Source: Cyanobacteriota bacterium
GTDB taxonomy: Bacteria > Cyanobacteriota > Cyanobacteriia > Thermostichales > Thermostichaceae
Direction: 5' to 3'
DNA: 64,000 nucleotides
Assembly (NCBI GenBank): GCA_033764955.1
Contig: JANRIL010000023.1
Location: 64,001-128,000 of the forward strand
Positions within the stretch are counted from its first letter, which is position 1, and every line of letters begins with the position of its first letter. Under the pieces are notes generated by a model. The model saw only the letters and a program-made list of their open reading frames with translations, was not told the origin of the DNA and did not search any database. The translations under genes and the position numbers were made by a program. This document shows, piece by piece, positions 29,352-39,495 of this stretch.

Positions 29352-30980
29352 CTACTCTAAATACCCCAATTCCTGCATCTGTTTAACCAAGTTGGCATCG
29401 CTGGTCAGGTCGATGGGAGTGGGATCCGTCAAACGATGGGGGCGACGGGCTTCCGCGGCAGCCACTTGAGTCTGCAACAGGGATTGCAGGTGGGCGGCAG
29501 ATTGGGGATCTGCCTGTAGTAGATCTTGGCTTTCGGAGGGATCCGCTTCGAGGTGGTAGAGGCTGGGGGTGGATCCCACCTGCACGAGCTTTTGGGATCC
29601 TTGGTAGAGGGCACGGCGGATGGTGTGACAGGCAAAGCGCTGCAATTGTTGATCGGCGCGTTTTTCCATAGCCCGAATCAAAATATGGGGGGGGAAACCT
29701 TCGCTGAGGACGGTGGCCTGTTCGGGATCCTCGCCGACGAGGGTGCGGCTCAGGCTCAGGCGGCTGATCTCACGGCGTTGCTGGCGATTGAGCAGGGCTT
29801 GAGAACTGGCTTGGGCGGTGGCAAAGGGGATCCCAGCTACTTCTAGAAGGGTGTGAAAGAGGCGGCGGGTGGACACAGGGGTAGCAATGCGTGCGCCAGC
29901 GGGGAATTGTTGGGGATAACGGATGATCAGGGGAACCCGCACCAACTCTTCATAAACCACAAAGGCATGGCCGACAAACTGGTGTTCCCCCAGCCCTTCG
30001 CCGTGATCCGCCACCACCACCACCAGCGTATTGCTGTCTAAGCCCGTGTTGTGCAGGGTTTCAAATAGGGATCCCAGTAAATGATCTTGATAGGCCACCT
30101 CGGCATCATAGATATCGCTCAACACCTGCGATTGCAAAGGGGTAAGCGGCTCCGGCAAGGGAGCCATCCAGCGATAGGGCTGATGGTTGTATTGCCGCAA
30201 AAAATCACGGGCAGCGCGATCTTGTAAAAAATAAGGAGCAAACTTTTGGATAAACGGTTCGGGGGGCCAGTAGGGGAGATGGGGTTCCATCAGGTTGACA
30301 AAGCAAAAGAAGGGCTTGTTTTGCTCCTGGGGACGGGATTGATCTAGGGCGGCTTGCCGCAAAAAGCGACTGACATCCCGCAGAGATTCGGCGGTATTGC
30401 CCTTAAAACTGATCGCCTTTGTCCAGAGAGGCACCAGCCAAGGATGTAAAGCCAGTTGGAAGAGGCGATCCGATTTAGCAAAGGCATTTTGTAGGGGGTA
30501 GGAGAGCTTCCGCCAAAATTGCGTGTACTGCTCCAGGAGGAAGTTAAGCGGGGGTGGCAGGGGGGTGGCGGCGGCGGGGCGGGTGGGCAGCGCTCCCCCA
30601 TAGTTATAAAAGGCTTCAAATCCACGGCGCAGGCCGTTTTTGAGAACCCCCACCAGAGGGTTGTTGCAAAACCCAACGGTGTGATACCCCCCCAACTTGA
30701 GGATCTCCGCCAGAGTAGGAAACTCCCGCCCCAATTCAATATCTGCCTGCACCGTTTGGTGGGTGCTGGGGTATTCACCCGTAAACATGGAGGCATGAGC
30801 TGGGATCGTCCACTGGGCAGGAGAAATGGCTCGCTCAAACAGGGTCGATTCCTCGGCAAAACGATCCAGGCAGGGGGTAGTGGGCGGACGTTCGGGATCC
30901 CGGTGCGAGGGATTGTAACAGGACAACCGATCCGCTCGTTGCGTATCGAGCACAACCATCAAAATATTCGGCTGCTGCAT
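29352..30980 (-). CDS. sulfatase-like (alkaline phosphatase superfamily) hydrolase
   Basis: PNILMVVLDTQRADRL, WTIPAHASMFTG, NLMEPHLPY, YDAEVAYQD, ADHGEGLGEH, ELGYL. Confidence 0.9.
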   Translation of the reverse strand: MQQPNILMVVLDTQRADRLSCYNPSHRDPERPPTTPCLDRFAEESTLFERAISPAQWTIPAHASMFTGEYPSTHQTVQADIELGREFPTLAEILKLGGYHTVGFCNNPLVGVLKNGLRRGFEAFYNYGGALPTRPAAATPLPPPLNFLLEQYTQFWRKLSYPLQNAFAKSDRLFQLALHPWLVPLWTKAISFKGNTAESLRDVSRFLRQAALDQSRPQEQNKPFFCFVNLMEPHLPYWPPEPFIQKFAPYFLQDRAARDFLRQYNHQPYRWMAPLPEPLTPLQSQVLSDIYDAEVAYQDHLLGSLFETLHNTGLDSNTLVVVVADHGEGLGEHQFVGHAFVVYEELVRVPLIIRYPQQFPAGARIATPVSTRRLFHTLLEVAGIPFATAQASSQALLNRQQRREISRLSLSRTLVGEDPEQATVLSEGFPPHILIRAMEKRADQQLQRFACHTIRRALYQGSQKLVQVGSTPSLYHLEADPSESQDLLQADPQSAAHLQSLLQTQVAAAEARRPHRLTDPTPIDLTSDANLVKQMQELGYLE

Positions 30981-31159
30981 AGTTCACTCACCCACACATA
31001 CCACTATCATTCTGCAACGGTGGCCTTGGCCGACCCCTGCCTTTGTTTACTTTAGTGGAGGGATGCCTGCTCTTCCAAGGGGATGCCTGGTTTGTGCCGC
31101 CGTGGGGTAGGCAAGACTTGTTAGAGTGAACCTTGGTTTTTTGAGAAGCGGCGTTATCT

Positions 31160-32458
31160 ATGGTGGGATCCTCCACGCTTTGGCGAGGGTTGCGGTTGTT
31201 AGATCCCCTAAATGATCTCGATCAGGAGGGGGATCTCTGGATCGAGCAAGGGGTGATTCGCTATGTGGGAAAGGCGGTCGAGCGGATCCCAGCGGCGACG
31301 ACGGTGGTGGAGGCACGGGGTTGGGTGGCAGGGCCAGGATTGATTGATCTCTATGCCCAAAGTGGGGAACCTGGCTTTGAACAGCGAGAGACGTTGGCCT
31401 CCCTGGCAGCGGCAGCACGGGCGGGGGGCTATACGCAGGTGGCGCTTTTGCCCTCCACCCATCCGGTTTTGGATCAGCGGGAACAATTGGATCGCTATCC
31501 CCAGAAGGTAGGGGATCCGCACTGGCTGCCCCTGATGGCGCTAACCTTAGGCGGACAAGGGGAACAGTTGAGCGAATTGGGATCCCTAGCGACTTCCCCA
31601 GGGGTGGCCTTTTGCCAGGACAACCCAGGGCTTTCTCTGGTGCTGCTGCAACGGGTTTTGGAGTATTTGCAACCTTTTCAAAAACCCCTTTTGATCTGGG
31701 CTTGGGATCCCCGTTTGGCGGCGGGAGGCGGCCTGTTTGAGGGAGATTGGGCGCTGCGGTTGGGGGTAAAAGGTATCCCCGCCACAGCAGAAACCACGCA
31801 AGTCGCCAGTGTGCTGGAATTGCTGCGGCGGATCCCGACTCCCATTCATCTGATGCGAATTAGCCAAAGCCGCAGTCTGGAGTTGATTGCCCAGGCGCAA
31901 CAGGCGGGGATCCCTGTGACGGCTAGCACCAGTTGGATGCATCTGCTGCATTCAGAGGCAGATATCTGGGATCACCACTATCATCCCGCTCTGCGGGTGC
32001 AGCCCCCCCTGACCAGTTTGCCGCAACAACAAGCCTTGATTAGCGGGATCGCCCAAGGGATCCTGACCGCCATCGCCAGTGATCACCACCCCTATACGTT
32101 TGAGGAAAAAATGCTGGCCTTCGCGGATGCCCCTCCTGGCGCGATTGGTTTAGAACTGGTGCTCCCCCTCCTGTGGAACCACTTGGTGACTCGCCAGCAG
32201 TTGACCCCTCTGCAACTGTGGAAAGCCCTGTCGGTGGGATCTGCCACCTGTTTGGGCTTGCCTCCCCCTCATCTGCAAGTGGATACCCCCGCCAACCTGG
32301 TGCTGTTTGACCCAGAGTACGCTTGGCAACTGACACCCGAAACCCTGCATTCCCGTTCCCAGGCGACCTGCTGGCTGCATCAGTCCATGCGGGGTAGGGT
32401 GATGGGGGCGTGGATCGATGGGGTGTGGGGGGATCCCTACGGAGATGAACGGGGATGA
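31160..32458 (+). CDS. pyrC: dihydroorotase-like protein (PyrC'-type, metal ligands degenerate)
   Basis: GPGLIDLYAQSGEPGFEQRETL.S...AA.AGGYT, AIASDHHP, APPGAIGLE. Confidence 0.8.
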   Translation: MVGSSTLWRGLRLLDPLNDLDQEGDLWIEQGVIRYVGKAVERIPAATTVVEARGWVAGPGLIDLYAQSGEPGFEQRETLASLAAAARAGGYTQVALLPSTHPVLDQREQLDRYPQKVGDPHWLPLMALTLGGQGEQLSELGSLATSPGVAFCQDNPGLSLVLLQRVLEYLQPFQKPLLIWAWDPRLAAGGGLFEGDWALRLGVKGIPATAETTQVASVLELLRRIPTPIHLMRISQSRSLELIAQAQQAGIPVTASTSWMHLLHSEADIWDHHYHPALRVQPPLTSLPQQQALISGIAQGILTAIASDHHPYTFEEKMLAFADAPPGAIGLELVLPLLWNHLVTRQQLTPLQLWKALSVGSATCLGLPPPHLQVDTPANLVLFDPEYAWQLTPETLHSRSQATCWLHQSMRGRVMGAWIDGVWGDPYGDERG

Positions 32459-32766
32459 GCGGATAAAATTACATTAATTTTCAGCAAAAATGCGGACGAC
32501 AAACCGAGGATTTTCTGATGCTCCGATGGGGGATCCTCGTTAAATTGTTTAAGGCAGGGTGAATTTTTGCACCGTAGTTTGTGAATATTTGACTCTGAAC
32601 CTGGTTGAGCTTAGTTAGGCTAGAGCAGGGTCGCCCCCCTGGGTTCTGGAGAACTGATTTCTCTCCAGGGGTTTCTTGTCTTGATCTTTTGGTAGGCTCC
32701 CTACTTTCACCAAACAACCTCTCTTCCCCATCATCGTTGACCCAAGTCAAGAGGAGTCCTCTCGTT

Positions 32767-35700
32767 ATGGTGTCCAGTCATTCCCCAGTTCGTCTTGAGG
32801 AGATGACCGCGGCTTTCCAAAAGGCATTGACCGCCGAGGGATTTCAGGTGCGTTTTACCATGAAGCTGCAAACTCTGCATGTTTTTGTGGAGTATGTCAG
32901 CATTCAGCCGAGTGAGCGGGATCGGGTGATTCGTTTTGTGGGTCAATATCTGCGAAGTATTGATCCCCCTGCCGATCTGCATCAAGTGGTGATCTTTGGT
33001 TGGCAAAAAGGCCAATACCAACAGGACTGGCAGGAAAGTTTTCAACTGGCCTCTCTACAAGCCAGGTTGCAGGGGATCCTCCCCTCCCGCACAACGTTAC
33101 CGGCCACGGCGGTAGCTACCACCAACGGAGCCTCCCCCCACCCCAACGGACATGTCTCTCTGTCGGGGCGATCTCCCATCACAGGGGGTTTTCCAGGTGG
33201 CATGGCGCTGCGGATCCCCCCCAGTCTTCGCACCTATCAACCGGAGGATGAAGACGAGGAAACGGCTACTCCCGCCGCCGCTGTGGAACTCGAACCGGAA
33301 TCCTCTCCAGTAGAGCCAGAGCAGGAGGTCGATCCAGTTCCTTCGCCCCCGCCAGCTTCTCCTCCACCAACCATTGCCCCTGTCCCTCCGGTTCCCCCCC
33401 TGGTTCTTGACCAACTGAAAACCCTGCCTCCCACTTGGGATCCCTCTCCTATTCAGGGAACGCCGCTCCTGCTCATGCTGGTGAGCGTGTTGGGCAGTTT
33501 TGGGTTGGGACTGCTGGGGGGATTGGCCTTTCAGCAATGGCAGGATACCCGCATCGCCCAACAGCTTTATGAGCAGGCCGAACAATTGACCACCCAGGGC
33601 GAGTGGCAGCAGGCGATCCAAACCTATCAAGCCGCCCTGATTCACCGCCCCCACTATCCCACCGCTCAGTTGGCGCTGCAAAAGGCGGAACAAGCCCAGC
33701 AGGCCCTCCTAGATAGGATCCAGCAAGCCCGTGCCCAGATTGCGGCTCAACCCCAGAATGGGCAAGCCCGCCTGCAACTGGCTGAGGGACTCACGCAACT
33801 GGGGGATTTGGAGCAAGCCCAGCAGGAACTCTCCACCGTGATCTGGCTAGATCCTGAGAACGTCAGCGCTTATCTGCAAAAAGGGCAGATCCTCATCCAG
33901 CAGCAGCAGTGGGATCCGGCCATCCGCCATCTGCAAGCTGCCCTGAAATGGGATCCCGACAATCCGCAAGCCCAAGCCGCTCTCCAGTACATCCAAGCCA
34001 CCCAAGCCCAGCTCACCCCTTTACCCCTCACGGATCCGACTCTGCAACCTCTGCAAGCGGCTCTGGCTAAAAACCCTCAGGATCCCCAAACCCATTTCGC
34101 CCTGGCACGGCAACTGTTACAAATGGGGCGGGTGGATGCCGCTATTGGGTATTTGCAGGCAACCCTGCGGTTGGATCCCGACTATCCGCAAGCCCAGGCG
34201 TATATGCAGATAGCTACCCAACAGCAACAAGCTCTGCGACAGGCGCTTAGCCAACTCACAGCTAGCCCACCCCCCGCCACGCGCCTTCCCCAAAATCCTT
34301 CCACCGCTCAACTGACTAACCCCACCCCAAAAACTCCGCTCCCCCCCCCAAAAACTCCGCCCCCCACCCCCGCCGTCCTACAAGCTGCTGCCAGCGGAGA
34401 GATTTCTCCTTCTCGTTCGCCTCTCCCCTGGCTGCTGGGGCTGGGTAGCCTAGGATTAGGGATCCCCTTACTGTTCCTGTTGGGCAAGCATCGCTCATCG
34501 CTACGCCTGCCCCGACCTCGGCCTATTTCCCCGTCAGGAGGCAACAATCGTGTCTTGCGCCATTATCAGCAGGCTCTAGAGGCTTTGCAGCAGCAACAGG
34601 AGACGCAGGCTCTCACTGAACTGGAAACAGTTCTCAAACTCAACCCCCGTTTTGCCCCCGCCTATCAACTGCTGGGATCCTTAGCCGCTCAAAAAAGTGA
34701 TTGGCCGACGGCACTCAACAATTATCGACAGGCGGAAGCCGTCAGTCCTGATCTGCCAGAACTAGCCCAGCAAATAGACCGCACCCTGATCGCCTACGGC
34801 AAGACTTTACTCAGCCAGAAAGCCTTTGATCAGGCACTGGAACATTTACGGATGGTCATCCCCAGCAAAACCCTCACCAAAAGCGAAAAGGCTCCTATTC
34901 ATACTTTGATTGGGCATATTCTTTTGAAACAAAATCTTTGGATTGACGCCCGTAACGAATTTCAACAGGCATTGATTGAGGATGCTAAACAACCGGAAGC
35001 ATTTGTGGGCATGGGGCATGTTTTGCGTTGTCAAGGGGAACGCGAACTCTCCATCGATATGTTTGAAACTGCCCTTGGTTTGGATAAAAATCTGGCCGCC
35101 GCCCATCACGGCAAGGGACTTTCTTTGTTGATATTGGGTCAGTTATCGGCTGCTTTAGAAGCCTATCAAACCGCCATCGATCTGGCTGCCTCTCCTCCCC
35201 CCGATTTTTATGTGGATTTGGGGTTAGCCCTATTACAAGCTGGCGATCTGCATCGCGCCAAAGAATATTTTCAGCAAGCCATTGATCACGATCCCCAAGC
35301 TGCCCGCGCCCATTGTGCGATGGGTCAGCTATTGTGGATGCAAGAGGAGGTGGAGGAAGCCATAGAAAAACTGGAATGGTCGTTACAGTTGGATCCCGAA
35401 TTGTGGTTGGCTACTGCCATCATTGGCCTGACTCATTTGTCCCGCAAACGGCATAGTATTTCTGGCAAAAAATTTGTCCTCCCGCAGGATGCTGATCTGG
35501 CGGCCAGCCAATTTGAACGGGTGATTGCCAACGATCCCTCCGTGGCGGAAGCCCATTTTGGTATGGGGGAACTATTTCGGATTCGTGGTAATTTGCTCTT
35601 TTCTGTACAGCACTATCGTTCGGCCATTAACGCCAATGGCAGCTACACCGCCGCCTATTTTCGCCTGGGATCCATCTACGCCAAATTGGGTCAATTGGAT

Positions 35701-35829
35701 AAAGCCGCCCAGGAGCTCCGGCAGGCGCTACTCCTTAACCCCCACCACACCGAAGCCAAAACCACCCTCAATCGCGTCTTAGCCCGACGAGTGGATGATT
35801 CCTTCACAGAAATTATGAATCCCCCCTAA
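32767..35829 (+). CDS. large TPR-repeat membrane protein
   Basis: Many TPR units (e.g. AYLQKGQIL...AIRHLQAALKWDP), two TM segments, Pro-rich linkers; start uncertain. Confidence 0.85.
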   Translation: MVSSHSPVRLEEMTAAFQKALTAEGFQVRFTMKLQTLHVFVEYVSIQPSERDRVIRFVGQYLRSIDPPADLHQVVIFGWQKGQYQQDWQESFQLASLQARLQGILPSRTTLPATAVATTNGASPHPNGHVSLSGRSPITGGFPGGMALRIPPSLRTYQPEDEDEETATPAAAVELEPESSPVEPEQEVDPVPSPPPASPPPTIAPVPPVPPLVLDQLKTLPPTWDPSPIQGTPLLLMLVSVLGSFGLGLLGGLAFQQWQDTRIAQQLYEQAEQLTTQGEWQQAIQTYQAALIHRPHYPTAQLALQKAEQAQQALLDRIQQARAQIAAQPQNGQARLQLAEGLTQLGDLEQAQQELSTVIWLDPENVSAYLQKGQILIQQQQWDPAIRHLQAALKWDPDNPQAQAALQYIQATQAQLTPLPLTDPTLQPLQAALAKNPQDPQTHFALARQLLQMGRVDAAIGYLQATLRLDPDYPQAQAYMQIATQQQQALRQALSQLTASPPPATRLPQNPSTAQLTNPTPKTPLPPPKTPPPTPAVLQAAASGEISPSRSPLPWLLGLGSLGLGIPLLFLLGKHRSSLRLPRPRPISPSGGNNRVLRHYQQALEALQQQQETQALTELETVLKLNPRFAPAYQLLGSLAAQKSDWPTALNNYRQAEAVSPDLPELAQQIDRTLIAYGKTLLSQKAFDQALEHLRMVIPSKTLTKSEKAPIHTLIGHILLKQNLWIDARNEFQQALIEDAKQPEAFVGMGHVLRCQGERELSIDMFETALGLDKNLAAAHHGKGLSLLILGQLSAALEAYQTAIDLAASPPPDFYVDLGLALLQAGDLHRAKEYFQQAIDHDPQAARAHCAMGQLLWMQEEVEEAIEKLEWSLQLDPELWLATAIIGLTHLSRKRHSISGKKFVLPQDADLAASQFERVIANDPSVAEAHFGMGELFRIRGNLLFSVQHYRSAINANGSYTAAYFRLGSIYAKLGQLDKAAQELRQALLLNPHHTEAKTTLNRVLARRVDDSFTEIMNPP

Positions 35830-35968
35830 CCCTCGATCCCCTTTCGGGCACAACCCTCTTTTATGCTGAAGAAGAGGGGGCAATGGCTGCTTCTGACCAA
35901 CACGCTTTGCTTGCCCCCGTTGCCGTGCCCTGCTGACGACTGTTCTACCCTTCCCTACTGCCAAACCT

Positions 35969-36628
35969 ATGACACCAGGGTCTTTGCCGCCTGCCGATAG
36001 TTCCACATGGCCAGAATGCCAGTCATCGATGGTGCGCGGTCTAGCCACCCTAACCGATCCCGAACTTCTGCACCTACAAAAGCAAAATCCTGAGGCTGCC
36101 CGCTATTTCATCTGCCTATTTTGTCGCCACGAACAGACCATCGAACACCACCTACAACAAACCGTTCTCCCCAGTGAACTGCCCCAGCGCCTCCATCAAG
36201 TTTGGCAACGCCTCCATCGCCAGTTGGGACAACTGGATCCCCGTTCTGCCGATGCTACCAACCTGCGGACGTGGTTGATCCAGCAAACCAGCGCCATTTT
36301 GCAGGGAGGAGTCGAGGGATCCCCTCTGCTAGCTGCTCCCGTCAGCCCCCTCTTCTCAACGGGATCCCTTAGCTTGGCACGGGTTTCTCCAGCTCTCGTC
36401 TGTTTTTTATTGATGGGATTAGAACGCCTACCGGGGGATCTGCGGTTTATTGTTCTGCTGCATGATCGCTTCCATTGGTCTACCAGCCAGATTGCCGCCC
36501 AATTAAAACTGGATGGCTACATTCTCTCCCCCAGCGAAATTACCGAAAAGGTAGAGGAAGCTCGCCAACGACTATTTCAAGAATTACCCGCTGATATTCG
36601 TGCCCTCTACCTAACGACTAAACCTTAG
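35969..36628 (+). CDS. cyanobacterial sigma-70/ECF-like protein
   Basis: PEC...LTDPELL...YFICLFCRH N-terminus; region-4-like LERLPGDLRFIVLLHDRFHWSTSQIAAQL. Confidence 0.65.
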   Translation: MTPGSLPPADSSTWPECQSSMVRGLATLTDPELLHLQKQNPEAARYFICLFCRHEQTIEHHLQQTVLPSELPQRLHQVWQRLHRQLGQLDPRSADATNLRTWLIQQTSAILQGGVEGSPLLAAPVSPLFSTGSLSLARVSPALVCFLLMGLERLPGDLRFIVLLHDRFHWSTSQIAAQLKLDGYILSPSEITEKVEEARQRLFQELPADIRALYLTTKP

Positions 36629-36874
36629 ATCAGGGCTGCTTCCACCCACTGGATGAACCCCTGGATTGAGAAACTCCACCTCCCTGGTTTCCCCCTCAAA
36701 AGATAGAGAAGATTTCCCCCAAAGTCTGTGTCATCCTGAAGAGAGGGATCCTCACCTCGCATCAGCCTAGGTTGACGAGGGATCCCCTTGAGTGCCTGCC
36801 TGCCGATCTGTCAAGATTGCGAAACGTAACTAGATATGTGATGAATATTTGAGCGCTCTTGTGAGTGGTTTGTT

Positions 36875-38086
36875 ATGACAACGCCTTGGATTTCCTCAAC
36901 TGACGATCATACCCCTGAGCACCTGCTGAATCAGGAACGGAGTGCTTCCCCTAGGGCTGAGTCAACCCCAAATTCTGGTGAGCGGATTAGCCAATCCACA
37001 CCGCTTCCCCATCCGGTTTATCACTCCCTTCAGCAGTTATTGGGGGTGCTAGATTTGGATGTTTTACGAGAACTGGAGTCTTTTCGGGCATGGCAGCAGC
37101 AACAACGGACGGACGCCATTGCCTCCCCTTTATTGGGTAAAAACTTTCCCCACGGGGCACGAGCAAGCAATGAGGGGTTCGCGGATGAAGGAAATCGCCA
37201 ATCCTATGCCCCCTATCTACAACCTCAAGATGTCTTGGAGGATCTAGAGCTAGACGAAACCCAAAATCACCCAGGGGTATTTTCGCCCCTCTCGATTTTA
37301 TTGATGTGGTTGCTCTCCTGCTTTGGCATTGGCTTGGGATTATGGTGGCTGATTTCTCCAGGGGATCCCAATCGTCCAGTGCGCCTGACTGAATCCCCCC
37401 CCACCCCCGTGGCGACTCCCACTCCCGTGGTGGCCGCCACCCCATCCCCCACCCCCACCCCCCTAACCATTGATCTCGCCAAGCTACCCTTAATTCCGGT
37501 GCCCGTCTCCGAACGGATCCGCGAGTCGGCTACAGCCGACAATGCTCCCGATCCGGATCAAGATGACCGCTTGACCGCTCTGATTAACTCCCAGCCCGAA
37601 CCCCTGACCGAAGAGGTAGAGCCACTCCCCCAGTCGATCAACTGGCTCGATTCTCTGCAAAACGAGACCTCAGAATTGGTGGTTTCTCCTCCCCAGTCCA
37701 CCGCCGCCAGCAGCGATGAACGAACCCCTCCTGAATCAGCTTCTGCGCTTGCTGCTTCCCCTGTCCCTGATAGTCCAAACGCCGCTGCTGCCGCTACCAA
37801 TCCGGCTCCGGCCTCTGCTCTCAGCCCTGAATCCCCAGCCCTCTCCCCCACGACACCGGATCCCTTGGGGCCGAACCAAGGAGAAGGGGTTTTTGTCGTT
37901 CTAATTCCCTACCAGGGAGATAGCAGCCTCGCCCAAGCCCGCCAGATTTCAGGAGGGGCATTTGTTAAAGATATCAACGGACAAAAATATGTGCAGCTAG
38001 CCTCATTTGAACAACTGGAATACGCTCGCTACGAGGCAGAAAAGTTACGGAAACAGGGTTTACCCATCGAGATTCGAGATTTGTAG
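36875..38086 (+). CDS. membrane protein with Pro-rich linker and C-terminal SPOR-like domain
   Basis: TM at aa ~138-160; C-terminal VLIPYQGDSSLAQARQISGGAFV...VQLASF...AEKLRKQG. Confidence 0.7.
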   Translation: MTTPWISSTDDHTPEHLLNQERSASPRAESTPNSGERISQSTPLPHPVYHSLQQLLGVLDLDVLRELESFRAWQQQQRTDAIASPLLGKNFPHGARASNEGFADEGNRQSYAPYLQPQDVLEDLELDETQNHPGVFSPLSILLMWLLSCFGIGLGLWWLISPGDPNRPVRLTESPPTPVATPTPVVAATPSPTPTPLTIDLAKLPLIPVPVSERIRESATADNAPDPDQDDRLTALINSQPEPLTEEVEPLPQSINWLDSLQNETSELVVSPPQSTAASSDERTPPESASALAASPVPDSPNAAAAATNPAPASALSPESPALSPTTPDPLGPNQGEGVFVVLIPYQGDSSLAQARQISGGAFVKDINGQKYVQLASFEQLEYARYEAEKLRKQGLPIEIRDL

Positions 38087-38210
38087 GTTGGGAGCTAAAT
38101 CAAATTGATCCACTACCCAAAATTCTCCCCAAATCCTATAGCACCCCCGATTGACCGGATGGAAGAGCGCTGAACCCATGGCCTGACACCCCAGTCTAAT
38201 CCCATGTAGA

Positions 38211-39491
38211 GTGCGAGCCATCATGGATGCTATTAGACAAAAAGGCCATTTCTACCGTCGTGCCAGCTTTGGGGCAACCCTTGATGAATTGGAGGCGAAT
38301 GTCTCCCCCCAGACGTTGCTAGAAGGTTGGTTGCAAGCGGGATCCCAGTCCATTCCCTCTCCGCAACTCCCCATGCTTCCCCCCCTCAACCGCGAGAGGG
38401 ATCCCGCAAGCCAAAAGCAGTTGCGCCTATTGGGAGGGCAATTCGCTACTGGGTTGTTGGAACAAATGGTTACGGCTACCAACCCTTTGCATGAACGGAT
38501 CACCACCATCTGGCGAGATCATTTTGTGGTGGGAACCAATAAGTTTAATATCCCTCACTTTTTGCGCGACTATGAGATCAGATTGCGAACCTTTGCCTTA
38601 GGAGATTTTCGAGATTTGCTCTGGAGTGTCACAACCAGTCCGGCCATGATGCTCTATCTGGATAACCAACAAAATCGCCAGGGCAAATTGAATGAAAACT
38701 ATAGTCGAGAACTGCTGGAACTATTCACCGTTGGACAGGGAAACTATACCGAACAAGATATTCAAGAGGGATCCCGTGCCCTGACCGGTTGGACTATCAA
38801 CTTTCCCAAGGCTGCTCTCACGGGCGAGGTGGAATCTTTATTCGTAGCCCGCCGCCATGATGGCGGAAGCAAAACCTACCTGGGACACATGGGAAATCTT
38901 GCTACGCAGGACGTGGTGGATATTCTAGCCAATAGTCCCCATACCGCCCGCCGCATCAGCAGCAAATTGTGGAGTGAATGGGTTTATCCCAACCCTGAAC
39001 CCGAAATCGTTACATCGTTGGCTGGTGTTTATCAAGCGCACCAACGGCAGCTAGCCTATGTGGTCGAGGCCATTTTTAGCCATCCCGCCTTTTATAGTGA
39101 GCGGGCTTATCGCAGCCGCTTAAAAGGACCTCTGGCTTTTGTGGTGGGATCCATCCGCCAGTTGCAGTTGCAAGCGGATTACGGTCAAGTGCTGCGTTCT
39201 CTAGCATTTATGGGACAGCGACCCTATGGTGCCCCTACGGTCAAAGGCTGGCCGAGTGATAGCGGCTGGCTGAATGCGGTGGCTCTCCTGGATCGACTCA
39301 ATCTGGCGCAGCAGATGACGCAAGACAATGGGGACGAGGGCAAATTTCGCTATGACCCTGCCAATCTAAACCCTCAGGCTGTTGTGCGCTTGTTGTTGGA
39401 TGGCGAAACCCCTTCTGGATCCCTTCCTTCCCTTGACATTCGTGACCTAACGGCTCTTCTGCTGGCCTCTCCCACCTACCAACTGGCTTAA
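38211..39491 (+). CDS. DUF1800 family protein
   Basis: HFYRRASFG, SPAMMLYLDN, NENYSRELLELFTVG, RALTGW, PTVKGW. Confidence 0.9.
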   Translation: MRAIMDAIRQKGHFYRRASFGATLDELEANVSPQTLLEGWLQAGSQSIPSPQLPMLPPLNRERDPASQKQLRLLGGQFATGLLEQMVTATNPLHERITTIWRDHFVVGTNKFNIPHFLRDYEIRLRTFALGDFRDLLWSVTTSPAMMLYLDNQQNRQGKLNENYSRELLELFTVGQGNYTEQDIQEGSRALTGWTINFPKAALTGEVESLFVARRHDGGSKTYLGHMGNLATQDVVDILANSPHTARRISSKLWSEWVYPNPEPEIVTSLAGVYQAHQRQLAYVVEAIFSHPAFYSERAYRSRLKGPLAFVVGSIRQLQLQADYGQVLRSLAFMGQRPYGAPTVKGWPSDSGWLNAVALLDRLNLAQQMTQDNGDEGKFRYDPANLNPQAVVRLLLDGETPSGSLPSLDIRDLTALLLASPTYQLA

Positions 39492-39495
39492 ACTT

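Noticed and set aside
34341..34349. C9 tract in the TPR gene (and an A-tract near 937-944) as phase-variation sites
   Set aside because: Frames are intact and the tracts are explained by Pro and Phe codons
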